Shown here: positions 48,594-59,006 of the stretch, in pieces | How the letters are laid out: each line of letters begins with the position of its first letter | Numbering within the stretch: position 1 is the stretch's first letter | Notes under the pieces: model-generated | Seen by the model: the letters and a program-made list of their open reading frames with translations, nothing else | The model's database searches: none | What the model was told of the DNA's origin: nothing | DNA from: a virus | Strand: one strand, 5' to 3' | IMG/VR virus record: IMGVR_UViG_3300028844_004047 | Location: 16,350-80,349 of that record | DNA length: 64,000 nt | Translations under genes and position numbers: made by a program

Positions 48594-51254
48594 ATGTACG
48601 TTGACGCACTCTTTGACAGAGACAAAGACTTAATTCAAATAGTCGAAAGAAACAAACACGGTAAACGAGAGTATCGTGATTATCCCGCAAAATATGTATT
48701 CTATTATGATGATCCGAAAGGTAAACATAAAAGTATTCACGGCAATCCTGTAAGTAGGATACAATGTCGTTCGATAAAAGATTTCCGTAGAGAAATTAAA
48801 CTAGTTGGACAAAAGCGACTTTATGAAAGCGACTTTAATCCAGTATTCCGTATATTAGAAGAAAACTATCTAGGACAAGATGCACCTAAACTGCACACTT
48901 GCTTTTTTGATATTGAGGTTGACTTCGATAAGGAAAGAGGTTTCTCTCCACCTGATGATCCATTTAATCCTGTAACTGCAATTAGTTTATATTTGCAATG
49001 GACAGATCAACTTATTACGTTGGCTGTTCCACCTAAAGGAATGGACAAAGAAGAAAGCCAAAAGATATGTGACAAGTATGAAAACTGTTTTTTCTTTGAA
49101 GAAGAATCGCAGTTACTTGACACGTTCTTAACACTGATTGATGATGCAGATATTTTATCTGGTTGGAACAGTGAGGGTTATGATATTCCCTATCTTGTAA
49201 ATAGAGTTAAACGTGTATTAAGTAAAGATGATACAAGACGTTTTTGTTTATGGGGTGCATATCCTAAGCCAAGAACATTTGAACGTTTTGGTGCAGAGAC
49301 ACTAACGTTTGACACTATTGGTAGAGTACATATGGATTATATGCAACTTTATCGTAAGTATACATATCATGAAATGCATAGTTACTCTTTAGATGCTATT
49401 GGTGAATATGAATTAGATGAACGTAAAGTTCAATACACAGGCACACTGGATCAATTATACAACAATGACTTTGAAAAGTTTATTGACTATTCAAGACAGG
49501 ATACTGCACTACTAGATAAACTAGATAAGAAACTAAAGTTTATGGAGTTAAGTAGTGAACTTGCTCATGCAAACACAGTGTTACTACAAACAACAATGGG
49601 TGCAGTAGCAGTTACAGAACAAGCAATTATTAATGAAGCACATGAACGTGGACTAGTTGTGCCAAGTCGTAAAAGTAGAGATGAACTTGGTAACACACAG
49701 GCGGCAGGTGCTTATGTGGCATATCCTAAAAAAGGACTACATGACTGGATTGGTAGTATTGATATCAACTCTTTGTATCCTTCGGCTATTAGAGCCCTTA
49801 ATATGGGAAATGAAACTATTGTAGGGCAATTACGTCCAGACTATACAAACACACACGTTAAAGATAGTATGGCGGCTAAAAAGTCGTTTGCAGATTCTTG
49901 GGAAGGTATGTTTGGTAGTATTGAATATGAACTAGTTATGGCACAAGATATTGATAAAGAGATTGTACTTGAATGGGAAAACGGATCTCATGATGTATTA
50001 ACTGGTAAAGAAATATACAAGATGATCTTCTTAGAAGGTAAACCATGGATGTTAAGTGCAAACGGTACAATATTTAATTCAGAAGTTGAAGGTGTTGTTC
50101 CTGGACTATTAGCAAGATGGTATAGAGAAAGACAAGACATACAAAAAGTAAAAGCAGGTGCAAGTACTCCAGAAGAGAAAGCATTCTGGGATAAACGACA
50201 GTTGGTTAAAAAGATTAACTTGAACAGTTTGTATGGTGCTATTCTTAATCCTGGTTGTAGATTCTTTGATAAACGTATTGGACAAAGTACAACACTATGT
50301 GGCAGAGCGATTGCAAAACACATGGATGCATATGTTAATGAATGTTTAACAGGTGAATATGATCACAGAGGTAAAACTATTATATATGGTGACACTGACT
50401 CTGCTTATTTTAGTGCTTGGCCCGTGCTTAAAGATAAAGTTGAAAAGGGTGAACTAGAATGGAATAAAGATGTTGCTATTAAATTGTATGATCAAATTGC
50501 AGATCAAGTCAATGTCAGTTTTCCAGAGTTTATGAAAAAGGCTTTTAATTGTCCAAGAGATAATGGACAGATTATTGTTGGTGGCAGAGAAATGGTTGCC
50601 ACTAAAGGATTGTTTATTACAAAGAAAAGATATGCAGTTCTAATCTATGACATGGAAGGTTACAGAACAGATACAGGAGATAGTCCGGGTAAAATTAAAG
50701 CAATGGGACTTGACCTTAAACGTTCGGATACACCTAAGATTGTACAAGACTTTTTAAGTGATATTTTACAAGGTGTACTTACTGGACTTGGTAGAGATGA
50801 AACACTTGAAAAAGTGAAATTATTTAAAGAAGAATTTATGTTACGCCCGGGTTGGGAAAAAGGAAGTCCTAGACGTGCAAATAATATGACAAAATTTCAA
50901 GCCTTGGAAGAAAGACTTGGAAGAGCAAATATGCCAGGACACGTTAGAGCAAGTATGAACTGGAATAGATTGCGTAAAATGAACAGTGATAGATATAGTG
51001 CTGAAATTAAAGATGGTGCTAAAGTTATTGTTTGTAAACTAAAAGCAAACCCGTTAGGGTATACAAGTGTCGCTTATCCAACAGATGAACCACACTTACC
51101 TCAATGGTTTAAAGACTTACCGTTTGATGATGGTGCTATGGAAAGTACTGTTATTGATAGTAAAATTAACAACTTGTTAGACGTATTGGAATGGAATCTA
51201 ACGTTAGATTCTAATACTACAACAAAATTTAACGATTTATTTAGTTTTGAGTAG
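48594..51254 (+). CDS. polB: Family B DNA polymerase (T4 gp43-like)
   Basis: Exo FFDIEV, GWNSEGYDIPY, YSRQD; pol SIDINSLYPS, KKINLNSLYG, YGDTDS, KKRYA. Confidence 0.97.
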   Translation: MYVDALFDRDKDLIQIVERNKHGKREYRDYPAKYVFYYDDPKGKHKSIHGNPVSRIQCRSIKDFRREIKLVGQKRLYESDFNPVFRILEENYLGQDAPKLHTCFFDIEVDFDKERGFSPPDDPFNPVTAISLYLQWTDQLITLAVPPKGMDKEESQKICDKYENCFFFEEESQLLDTFLTLIDDADILSGWNSEGYDIPYLVNRVKRVLSKDDTRRFCLWGAYPKPRTFERFGAETLTFDTIGRVHMDYMQLYRKYTYHEMHSYSLDAIGEYELDERKVQYTGTLDQLYNNDFEKFIDYSRQDTALLDKLDKKLKFMELSSELAHANTVLLQTTMGAVAVTEQAIINEAHERGLVVPSRKSRDELGNTQAAGAYVAYPKKGLHDWIGSIDINSLYPSAIRALNMGNETIVGQLRPDYTNTHVKDSMAAKKSFADSWEGMFGSIEYELVMAQDIDKEIVLEWENGSHDVLTGKEIYKMIFLEGKPWMLSANGTIFNSEVEGVVPGLLARWYRERQDIQKVKAGASTPEEKAFWDKRQLVKKINLNSLYGAILNPGCRFFDKRIGQSTTLCGRAIAKHMDAYVNECLTGEYDHRGKTIIYGDTDSAYFSAWPVLKDKVEKGELEWNKDVAIKLYDQIADQVNVSFPEFMKKAFNCPRDNGQIIVGGREMVATKGLFITKKRYAVLIYDMEGYRTDTGDSPGKIKAMGLDLKRSDTPKIVQDFLSDILQGVLTGLGRDETLEKVKLFKEEFMLRPGWEKGSPRRANNMTKFQALEERLGRANMPGHVRASMNWNRLRKMNSDRYSAEIKDGAKVIVCKLKANPLGYTSVAYPTDEPHLPQWFKDLPFDDGAMESTVIDSKINNLLDVLEWNLTLDSNTTTKFNDLFSFE

Positions 51255-51261
51255 AAAGTAC

Positions 51262-51290
51262 TTGACTTTGAACCTAAATACTAATATAAT
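51262..51290 (+). promoter_or_regulatory. Composite early+late promoter
   Basis: TTGACT-17nt-TATAAT with CCTAAATA nested in the spacer. Confidence 0.7.
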
Positions 51291-51318
51291 TGTAATATTA
51301 ACTGATGGAGAATAATCT

Positions 51319-52050
51319 ATGAAAGACTATCTAAATGACATTGTTCAGCATACACACAGTTTAGGCTTTATCGATTTGATTAAAGTAAACGGTACTGACG
51401 CTGAAACAAATATCGAAGGACTTGCAGATGACAGAAGTGTCATTGTACAAGCAAAATTCAAACAACCTTATGCAGAGTTCATGGGTACGTTTGGTATGCC
51501 TAATCTAAACAAACTAGCAATCTTACTTGGTATTCAAGAATATAAAGAAGATGCTAAAATTACGATTAGTAAACAAGAACGTAATGGAGTAGAAGTTCCA
51601 GTTGGACTATACTTTGAAAACGTTAGAGGTGACTTTAAAAACGACTATCGCTTTATGACAAGTGAAGTTATTAACGATAAACTTAAAACTGTTAAGTTTA
51701 AAGGCGTTAATTGGAACGTTGAGATCAAGCCAAGTGTTGCGGCGGTACAACGTTTAAAAATGCAGGCACAAGTACACAGTGAAGAAACAACTTTTATTGC
51801 TAAAACAGAAGATGGCAACTTGAAGTTTTACTTTGGTGATCATAGTACTCATGCTGGTAACTTTGTATTCCAACCAGATATTACTGGTACATTGAAACAT
51901 GGTTGGCAGTGGCCCATTAATCAAGTAATTAGTATTCTAAGTCTTCCAGGTGAAGTTACTATGCGATTCTCAGATGAGGGTGCTAGTATGATTTCTGTAG
52001 ACAGTGGAATGGTTGCTTACGATTATATCCTTCCAGCACAATCTAAATAA
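51319..52050 (+). CDS. DNA polymerase sliding clamp (gp45/PCNA-like)
   Basis: 243 aa, directly after polB; alpha/beta repeat ending ..SDEGASMISVD...YDYILPA. Confidence 0.75.
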   Translation: MKDYLNDIVQHTHSLGFIDLIKVNGTDAETNIEGLADDRSVIVQAKFKQPYAEFMGTFGMPNLNKLAILLGIQEYKEDAKITISKQERNGVEVPVGLYFENVRGDFKNDYRFMTSEVINDKLKTVKFKGVNWNVEIKPSVAAVQRLKMQAQVHSEETTFIAKTEDGNLKFYFGDHSTHAGNFVFQPDITGTLKHGWQWPINQVISILSLPGEVTMRFSDEGASMISVDSGMVAYDYILPAQSK

Positions 52051-52062
52051 GAGGATCAGTTA

Positions 52063-53529
52063 ATGAAGACTGACTTAACTAAAGAACAGAATGACTATGC
52101 AGTCTTTTTGCCGGCATTAAGTACATTCTATGCACTATTTGTAGGTAGGCAACGTAGGCACGAATATATTGATTATAATCGTGTTCCTAGTTTCTTGCAA
52201 CATGGCGTAGAAAGTATTAACTGGTTGGCACCGGAAGGTATATGGAAATATAAATGGAGTCTACACTCGGCGGGTCATGCCAGTTTAGATTTACAAAAGG
52301 ATATGTATCGTGAAGATATGTATCGTGTTCGTGATAAAAACACTAGTTGGTTACTAGGGGACTCAGGTGGTTTCCAAATTGGTAAAGGTAAGTGGGAAGG
52401 CGACTGGCGTAAAGACAGTGGTTGTCCACAAGCACAGAAAAAACGAGACGGTGTTTTAAAATGGATGGACAAGTTCATGGACTACGGAATGATTTTAGAT
52501 ATTCCGGCTTGGGTAAGTCGTTCCCCAGAAGGTGCGGCGGCAAGTAAGATTAGTTCATATCAAGAAGCAGTAGAAGGCACACAACAAAATAACGAATATT
52601 TCATTAAAAACAGAAACGGTAATTGTAAGTTCTTAAATGTATTACAAGGTGAGAACTTCCAACAAGCCGATGACTGGTATAATCAAATGAAACATTTCAG
52701 TGATCCTAAATTATATCCAGATGCACACTTTAATGGTTGGGCAATGGGTGGTCAAAATATGTGTGACTTACACCTAGCACTAAAACGTGTAGTAGAACTT
52801 CGCTTTGATGGTTTACTTGAGAAAGGCAAACAAGATGTTATGCACTTCTTAGGTACAAGTAAACTTGAATGGGCATTGGTACTAACGGCTATACAACGTG
52901 GTATTAGAAAAAATCATAATGAGAATTTTACTGTAACTTTTGATTGTGCAAGTCCTTTCTTATGTACTGCTAATGGTCAGATTTATACTGGACATAGAAC
53001 TGTACAAGATGAAAAGTGGAGTTACTTGATGTCTAGTGCACCAGATGATAAAGCATATAGTACTGATACAAGACCTTATGATGATTTAGCAACAGATTTC
53101 TTTACTAAACAAGGAATGAATTGGATGCCTACTCCTATTACAAAAGGACTAAAAGTAAATGACGTTTGTATTTACAGTCCAACAGATGTTAATAGAATGG
53201 GTGTGTCTACTAAAACTAGTTGGGATAGTTTTGCATATGCACTTATGATGAATCATAATGTTTATACACATATTAATAGTGTACAAGAAGCAAATAGACA
53301 ATATGACTCAGGCAATTATCCTAATATGCTTATTAATGATACATTTGATAAACAAGAAGTTAAAGATGTTATTGCTAGAGTATTTGAAATTGATAATAAA
53401 GATCAAGCATTAGCATTAATTGACGAGCATACAAAATTATGGATGAAAGTAGTTGGTACACGTGGAGCAGTTGGTAAAAAAACTATTAACAGTTCTGCAC
53501 AATTTAACAATTTATTCAGTGAGAATTAA
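52063..53529 (+). CDS. TGT-fold base-exchange enzyme (DpdA/queuine tRNA-ribosyltransferase-like)
   Basis: GDSGGFQIG, MILDIP, NVLQG, GWAMGG, MHFLGTS, TFDCASP, HN: the ordered TGT catalytic motifs; no CxCxxC Zn site seen. Confidence 0.85.
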   Translation: MKTDLTKEQNDYAVFLPALSTFYALFVGRQRRHEYIDYNRVPSFLQHGVESINWLAPEGIWKYKWSLHSAGHASLDLQKDMYREDMYRVRDKNTSWLLGDSGGFQIGKGKWEGDWRKDSGCPQAQKKRDGVLKWMDKFMDYGMILDIPAWVSRSPEGAAASKISSYQEAVEGTQQNNEYFIKNRNGNCKFLNVLQGENFQQADDWYNQMKHFSDPKLYPDAHFNGWAMGGQNMCDLHLALKRVVELRFDGLLEKGKQDVMHFLGTSKLEWALVLTAIQRGIRKNHNENFTVTFDCASPFLCTANGQIYTGHRTVQDEKWSYLMSSAPDDKAYSTDTRPYDDLATDFFTKQGMNWMPTPITKGLKVNDVCIYSPTDVNRMGVSTKTSWDSFAYALMMNHNVYTHINSVQEANRQYDSGNYPNMLINDTFDKQEVKDVIARVFEIDNKDQALALIDEHTKLWMKVVGTRGAVGKKTINSSAQFNNLFSEN

Positions 53530-54405
53530 ATGAGAAGTCTTGTAGTAGGAATGGGTATTGGTCAACTTTACAAAAAGGTACTTACAGAAATGGGTATTGA
53601 AGTTGTAACAGTTGATCCTAAGAGACCAGCACACTATAAAACTATTCATGAAGTTCCAATTGATATGTATGATACTATACATATCTGTACACCAAATGAA
53701 ACCCACGAAGACATAGCAAGGTTCCTTGCTCCGTGGTGTCATTTGCTTTTTATAGAAAAGCCTGGACTTGCTACTTCCAAAGCATGGGCAGATTTGCATT
53801 ACGACTTTCCAGAGTGTAGAATATCTATGGTTAAAAATAATCAATATAGACACAACATCGATGAACTTACTAACATGGCAAGAACAAGCAGAAATGTAGA
53901 TATCAATTGGTGTAACAAAAACAGAGTACCTAACCCAGGCACATGGTTCACAACTAAAGAATTAGCATACGGTGGTGTAAGTAGAGATCTACTTCCTCAT
54001 TTGTTAAGTTTGTATCAAGTGTTCAATTCCGATTACGACGAAACACCTCCATCAGATAAGATAGCAAAGACTAATTGGAAATTAAAAGAACTACTTGATA
54101 CAGACTACGGCACAGTTGATCCTAATGGAATGTATGATGTTGACGACGAAGCAGGTATGACATACAAAGCAAAGTTTTGTAATTACAACCTACTCGCTAA
54201 TTGGAAAACAGATTTATATGATGATGTTGGTTTAAACTTTGAGATATTAGGTAACGTAGAACGTGTAGAGTTAGGCTTATGTCCTGAAGATGCTTATAAA
54301 AGAATGATTGACACAGGGCTGAAAAACCTGCATAATGATACATATTGGGAAGATCAATTTAAAAAAGATATGTGGATACACGAACAAATGGAAGAACTAT
54401 GTTAG
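53530..54405 (+). CDS. Gfo/Idh/MocA-family NAD(P) oxidoreductase
   Basis: VVGMGIG, ICTPNETH, FIEKPG, GGVSRDLLPH. Confidence 0.85.
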   Translation: MRSLVVGMGIGQLYKKVLTEMGIEVVTVDPKRPAHYKTIHEVPIDMYDTIHICTPNETHEDIARFLAPWCHLLFIEKPGLATSKAWADLHYDFPECRISMVKNNQYRHNIDELTNMARTSRNVDINWCNKNRVPNPGTWFTTKELAYGGVSRDLLPHLLSLYQVFNSDYDETPPSDKIAKTNWKLKELLDTDYGTVDPNGMYDVDDEAGMTYKAKFCNYNLLANWKTDLYDDVGLNFEILGNVERVELGLCPEDAYKRMIDTGLKNLHNDTYWEDQFKKDMWIHEQMEELC

Positions 54406-55379
54406 TAAAACTATTACAAACAACAGGCAATGGAAAATTCGAAGAGATAGAATGGGAAAAGCCTAATATAGGTTTTGAAGAAATTGAAGTTAAGGCTTTG
54501 ATGACAGGCGTTTGTCGTAGTGATATTGATATGATGAATGGCAACTTTGGTCCATTACCTTTGCATATGCAAGGACATGAAGGACTAGGACAAGTTACAA
54601 AGATTGGTAAAGGTATTACTGATATTAAAGTTGGCGACTTTGTTGCAACAAGAGGTGAACCTGCATATGCAGATTATTACAACTGTAGGAAAGATGAATA
54701 TGTACAAGTACCTGACGCTGATCCTAAATACATTATAGAACCTGTGGCTTGTGGTGTTAACATTGTTACAAGTAATATGGAGAAATTAAATTGGAGTAGT
54801 AGCATTGCAAAAATCCAAGGTAAAAGACAACGTATATTAATTATTGGCAGTGGGTTTTTAGCAACAGTAGTATACACAAAATTAAAATTAATGCGTTTAG
54901 CAGATGATGTAGATGTATTAGGTTCGCACAATAGAAAGTTTTGGGAAGATAGACTTATAGATAAACCACGTGGACAATATGATATTGTAATCGATTTAAA
55001 AGATGATAGCACACTTGTATTTGATGGTGATATTATTAACGAAAATGCTTTGGTTATTTTGGCGGCAGAGAAAAAAGGAATTACTACAACCTTTGGAAAC
55101 TTATTATGGAAAAATGCAAGTATGCAATTTCCTAGTCCTAGAAACCCAAACTTCCATAGTGCTATGTTAGATGCAGTTTCAATGATAAACACAGGAACAT
55201 TAAACATAGATAACTTTTGGACAAAAGGTTACAGTAGAGATACTGAATGGCAACAAGCATTTGAAGATGGCAACAATAGACCTGAAGGATATAGCAGAGG
55301 GTATATTGTTTGGGAAAAGCATATGTTTAAAATATATGAAGATAAACGTGCAAAGAAAATTATAGAGGGATCTGCATGA
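54399..55379 (+). CDS. Zn-dependent medium-chain (sugar/alcohol) dehydrogenase (track start 54372)
   Basis: GVCRSD, GHEGLGQV..IG....IKVGD.V, IEPVAC, IIGSGFL. Confidence 0.88.
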   Translation: MLVKLLQTTGNGKFEEIEWEKPNIGFEEIEVKALMTGVCRSDIDMMNGNFGPLPLHMQGHEGLGQVTKIGKGITDIKVGDFVATRGEPAYADYYNCRKDEYVQVPDADPKYIIEPVACGVNIVTSNMEKLNWSSSIAKIQGKRQRILIIGSGFLATVVYTKLKLMRLADDVDVLGSHNRKFWEDRLIDKPRGQYDIVIDLKDDSTLVFDGDIINENALVILAAEKKGITTTFGNLLWKNASMQFPSPRNPNFHSAMLDAVSMINTGTLNIDNFWTKGYSRDTEWQQAFEDGNNRPEGYSRGYIVWEKHMFKIYEDKRAKKIIEGSA

Positions 55380-55930
55380 AACAAATGATGAGAACATATT
55401 CCACACTAGATGGTAAAACTATTAAAACTGATAAAGCAAAGTTCTTTATGAATAAAGAAGTTGAAAAAACTCCTATGTATGGTAAACAAACTTTGTTTGT
55501 ATGTGGTATACAAGATTTACAAAAGACTTTGGATCATGCAAAAAACAACAACTTATATCATATCTATTTAGGAACTGGTACAACATTTACTCCTAAAGAA
55601 TTAAGTGATTGGGATAAGTGGGACAACTATATTAAAGGATTATTAGATGCTCATATGTGGGTAACGTTAGACTTTGATATGATGGAATATGGTGCTGATG
55701 TTTTAGATTCGGGCTGGACTGAAAGCAGAAGATTTATTCCAATGATGAGTTTAAAACTTGGTTATTGGAAACAATGGAATATGAACAGCCACAATGCAAC
55801 AGTAAAATTTGACGATGTAGACTTTAACAAGACAAATCCAGGTGTATGGTGTATGCCATTAGATGATGCTATACAATCTCAATTCTTTTCGGATTGGGAC
55901 AAGTACACAGGTGATACATTCATCGAATAA
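55376..55930 (+). CDS. Conserved hypothetical protein within the deazaguanine locus
   Basis: EVEKTP.YG.QTLFV, HIYLG, WVTLDFD, KFDD.DF..TNPGVW. Confidence 0.7.
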   Translation: MKQMMRTYSTLDGKTIKTDKAKFFMNKEVEKTPMYGKQTLFVCGIQDLQKTLDHAKNNNLYHIYLGTGTTFTPKELSDWDKWDNYIKGLLDAHMWVTLDFDMMEYGADVLDSGWTESRRFIPMMSLKLGYWKQWNMNSHNATVKFDDVDFNKTNPGVWCMPLDDAIQSQFFSDWDKYTGDTFIE

Positions 55931-55948
55931 ACCTTAGGAGGAAATACA

Positions 55949-56116
55949 ATGACAACCGACGAATTAAGAAAACAACATAAAATTCTTAAAAAACAAGTTG
56001 ATGAGGCAGAGAAACTTCGAAATGGAGACCGAGGGTGGACAAGTAAAGAAGATTTAATTGCTTTAAAGAAAGAAAAACTAAAAATAAAAGAAGCAATTAG
56101 TAAAAGTAAATCTTGA
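55949..56116 (+). CDS. DUF465/YdcH-like small coiled-coil protein
   Basis: AGGAGG RBS; LRKQHKIL...LKKEKLKIKEAI. Confidence 0.75.
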   Translation: MTTDELRKQHKILKKQVDEAEKLRNGDRGWTSKEDLIALKKEKLKIKEAISKSKS

Positions 56117-56173
56117 CTTTAATAAGGTTTTTATGTATACTATTAACAATAACAACTGTAAAGGTCTATATGA

Positions 56174-56635
56174 ATGGGACAATACTATAATAATATGTTA
56201 AGCGATATGAGAGCGGCGGCTATAAAAGACGCAACAGAAAAGCAATTAAACAATTCAAGCAAAATGATTTGGGTTACATTTAGAAAAGAAGGTATTCATA
56301 AATACCCGGCGGCTTTAGATGATCCTAAACTAGCAACGGGCGATGAATATGATGTAAGTTTCTTAGGTTATCCTCATAGACACATATTCCATTTTAAAGT
56401 ATGGATTGAAATATTCCATGATGATAGAGATATTGAATTTATACAATTCAAACGTTGGTTGGAAAAGTTATACAGTGAGAAGACACTGGAACTTGATTAT
56501 AAATCGTGTGAGATGATGTCAGATGATTTATTCAAAAAGATTAGTGAACGCTACCCCGAACGTTCAGTAAGAATAGAAGTAAGTGAAGATGGGGAAAACG
56601 GCTCAGACATTAGTTATGATTACAAAAGGATATAA
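56174..56635 (+). CDS. queD: QueD-like/6-pyruvoyl-tetrahydropterin synthase (T-fold)
   Basis: EGIHKYP...GYPHRHIFHFKV...DRDIEFIQFK...SCEM...VSEDGENG (HxH, xE, E pattern of QueD/PTPS). Confidence 0.75.
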   Translation: MGQYYNNMLSDMRAAAIKDATEKQLNNSSKMIWVTFRKEGIHKYPAALDDPKLATGDEYDVSFLGYPHRHIFHFKVWIEIFHDDRDIEFIQFKRWLEKLYSEKTLELDYKSCEMMSDDLFKKISERYPERSVRIEVSEDGENGSDISYDYKRI

Positions 56636-56640
56636 CGAAA

Positions 56641-56847
56641 ATGAAAGCTCAAGTGGAGCAAATTTTTGATCAACTCGATCAGTACAAGCAGTTTTGCGTC
56701 GAGAATGGATACCCATTCAACGAAGCAGATTTGGGACGAAACAATAGCCCATACGGTCATATGCTTAAAAGCATTGCAAACAAGCGAAGACCATATAATC
56801 AATGGATTAGAGATGGGAAAGCAATGAGAAGAGGATTTAAAAAGTAG
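56641..56847 (+). CDS. Hypothetical protein
   Basis: IFDQLD.Y..FC...GY.FNEADL. Confidence 0.65.
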   Translation: MKAQVEQIFDQLDQYKQFCVENGYPFNEADLGRNNSPYGHMLKSIANKRRPYNQWIRDGKAMRRGFKK

Positions 56848-57363
56848 ATGTATAGAGTGACAGCCTATTTTAAAAATCACAAAGTCACACAAAAATTTTA
56901 TAATTTGTATGATGCAATAGATTTTAGAGATAGTGCAGATGCTAACTATCCCATACAAGTAAAATTTGAGAAAGTAAAAGACATGAGAGAATGGATCTAT
57001 AATTGTTGGAATGTAATAATGGATCATAATAAGAATCCGTTAAGTGCAATTCCCGACTTACAAGTAAGACACATGGTTATGCAGATACTTGCATTTATGT
57101 GGTCAACTATATTTGCCATTATGATTTTAGATAGTATCTATGCATTTATGTACAGTGCTATTGGACACGTTATTTTTGTAGCAGGTGTAGTAGTTACCGT
57201 AGCAACATTTAAACAAGCAGAACGTAGTCCACACAGTTTTAATTGGATGAACGGTTACCATTCACATGGTAGAGGTCGTAACTATGTGATATGGAGAGAT
57301 AAGCATGGCAATCCACACAAACAACCACTACCAGATAACGACCCTGGTGGAGAACACGAGTAA
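56848..57363 (+). CDS. Membrane protein
   Basis: NPLSAIPDLQVRHMVMQILAFMWS, two TM helices, PGGEHE tail. Confidence 0.7.
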   Translation: MYRVTAYFKNHKVTQKFYNLYDAIDFRDSADANYPIQVKFEKVKDMREWIYNCWNVIMDHNKNPLSAIPDLQVRHMVMQILAFMWSTIFAIMILDSIYAFMYSAIGHVIFVAGVVVTVATFKQAERSPHSFNWMNGYHSHGRGRNYVIWRDKHGNPHKQPLPDNDPGGEHE

Positions 57364-57365
57364 AA

Positions 57366-58460
57366 ATGAAAACAATATACATAGTAGACTTGGAGCCTGT
57401 CGAAACAAGATATACGGCTCAATGGAAAAAACACTTACCTGAACAAATGTCTAGGTACTTAGGTACTGAAGAATATAATGTAAAAGTTATTAGTGGCGGA
57501 GATGTTCCACAAACTACTACTCCAGGTGCATTTTTAAACTTTGCTGGTACAAACAGTTACAAGAGTCAACAAATGTTAGAGATTGCTAATCTTGTAGCAA
57601 GTGGTGAAGTTAAAGATGGTGATTACTTTCTATATACAGATGCATGGAATCCTACTGTTATACAATTAAAGTATATGGCAGAACTATTAAACATCAATAT
57701 TAAGATTGGTGGTATGTGGCACGCCGGTAGTTATGATCCAGCAGATTTCTTAGGTAGAATCATTGGTGCTAAACCTTGGGTACGTTATGCAGAAGCAAGT
57801 ATGTTCGAATGTTATGATCATAATTACTTTGCTACACGTTTCCATGTAGATTTATTTGCACAAAGTTTCTTAAATGATACAAAAGATATTGATCAAAATT
57901 TAGAATCAGGTAAGATGCATATTGTAGGTTGGCCCATGGAGTATCTTAAAGATACATTGAAGCCATTCGAAGGTGCAAAGAAAGAAAACATTATATTGTT
58001 TCCGCATAGAGTAGCACCTGAGAAGAACCCAGAGATCTTTGCTAAATTAAAAGAACTGTTACCAGACTATGAGTTTATTGTATGTCAAGACAAGCAGTTA
58101 AGCAAAGACGAATACCATGAACTACTAGGTAAAGCAAAGATTGTGTTTAGTGCTAACTTGCAAGAAACATTAGGTATCAGTGCTTACGAAGGTTGTTTGG
58201 TAGATACATTACCATTAGTACCTAATAGATTAAGTTACTTTGAAATGTATCCAGATGAATTTAAATATGCAAGTGCTTTAACAGTAACACTAAAAGGATT
58301 TGAAAAGAGTCCTACAGAGGTAGTAGACAAAGTTAAAGATATGGTTGACAACTATGACAAGTATGTTGATACTAACAATATGCTAAAAGATAGATTAAAA
58401 GATTTCTTTGATGGTACAAAACTATACGAAACTATTAAGGAAAGCGTCGATGGAGTTTAA
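57366..58460 (+). CDS. Glycosyltransferase (GT-B, GT4-like)
   Basis: WHAGSYD, FPHRVAPEKNP, SANLQETLGISAYEG (ExxxxxxxE), PNRLSY.E. Confidence 0.85.
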   Translation: MKTIYIVDLEPVETRYTAQWKKHLPEQMSRYLGTEEYNVKVISGGDVPQTTTPGAFLNFAGTNSYKSQQMLEIANLVASGEVKDGDYFLYTDAWNPTVIQLKYMAELLNINIKIGGMWHAGSYDPADFLGRIIGAKPWVRYAEASMFECYDHNYFATRFHVDLFAQSFLNDTKDIDQNLESGKMHIVGWPMEYLKDTLKPFEGAKKENIILFPHRVAPEKNPEIFAKLKELLPDYEFIVCQDKQLSKDEYHELLGKAKIVFSANLQETLGISAYEGCLVDTLPLVPNRLSYFEMYPDEFKYASALTVTLKGFEKSPTEVVDKVKDMVDNYDKYVDTNNMLKDRLKDFFDGTKLYETIKESVDGV

Positions 58461-58791
58461 AGATATTCCATGGAAAGATGTTTTACTTGATGCAAAAGGT
58501 TTTGTAGTATTTAAAGATGGTTACCCAGTTACAGAAGGACATATTCTTTTTGTACCAAAAGTAGCAGATTGGCAACACATGGTTAAGTGTATGGAGTCTG
58601 CTTATAAATGGGGATACGATTGGGTAGACAGAGGTTACTGTGATAGTTTTAACATTGGACAAAATGTTGGAAAAGAAGCAGGGCAAACTGTCATGTATCC
58701 GCATATACATTTGATTCCACGTCGCAAAGGTGATATGGATGATCCAAGGGGTGGTGTTAGACACGTTATCCCAGATAAAGCAAAATATTAA
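58450..58791 (+). CDS. HIT-family nucleotide hydrolase (track start 58408)
   Basis: DGYPVTEGHILFVP, NIGQNVGKEAGQTV.YPHIHLIPR. Confidence 0.92.
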   Translation: MEFKDIPWKDVLLDAKGFVVFKDGYPVTEGHILFVPKVADWQHMVKCMESAYKWGYDWVDRGYCDSFNIGQNVGKEAGQTVMYPHIHLIPRRKGDMDDPRGGVRHVIPDKAKY

Positions 58792-58802
58792 GAAAGGAAC
58801 TT

Positions 58803-59006
58803 ATGTTGAAAGAAGTAATGATTAATGCGGCAAAGAAACACGCAGAAGCAGAAATTGATCTTCACAAGGCTAATATTGAAGTCTATATGCAACAGGTTGT
58901 AGGGATTGGTGAACACAGTGATATCATCGAAACCATCCAGAAAGAATTGGATAAAATGGCTACTGCACATGATAGACTTGAAATGTTAAACAAATATTTT
59001 GATTGA
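58803..59006 (+). CDS. Small hypothetical phage protein
   Basis: AAGGA RBS; H.ANIEVY...VGIGEHSDI.E.I.KEL. Confidence 0.75.
   Translation: MLKEVMINAAKKHAEAEIDLHKANIEVYMQQVVGIGEHSDIIETIQKELDKMATAHDRLEMLNKYFD

Noticed and set aside
48594-51254. Intein or intron in polB, clpA or phoH
   Set aside because: Lengths and motif spacing are normal; no intein C/S...HN signature and no interrupted frame.
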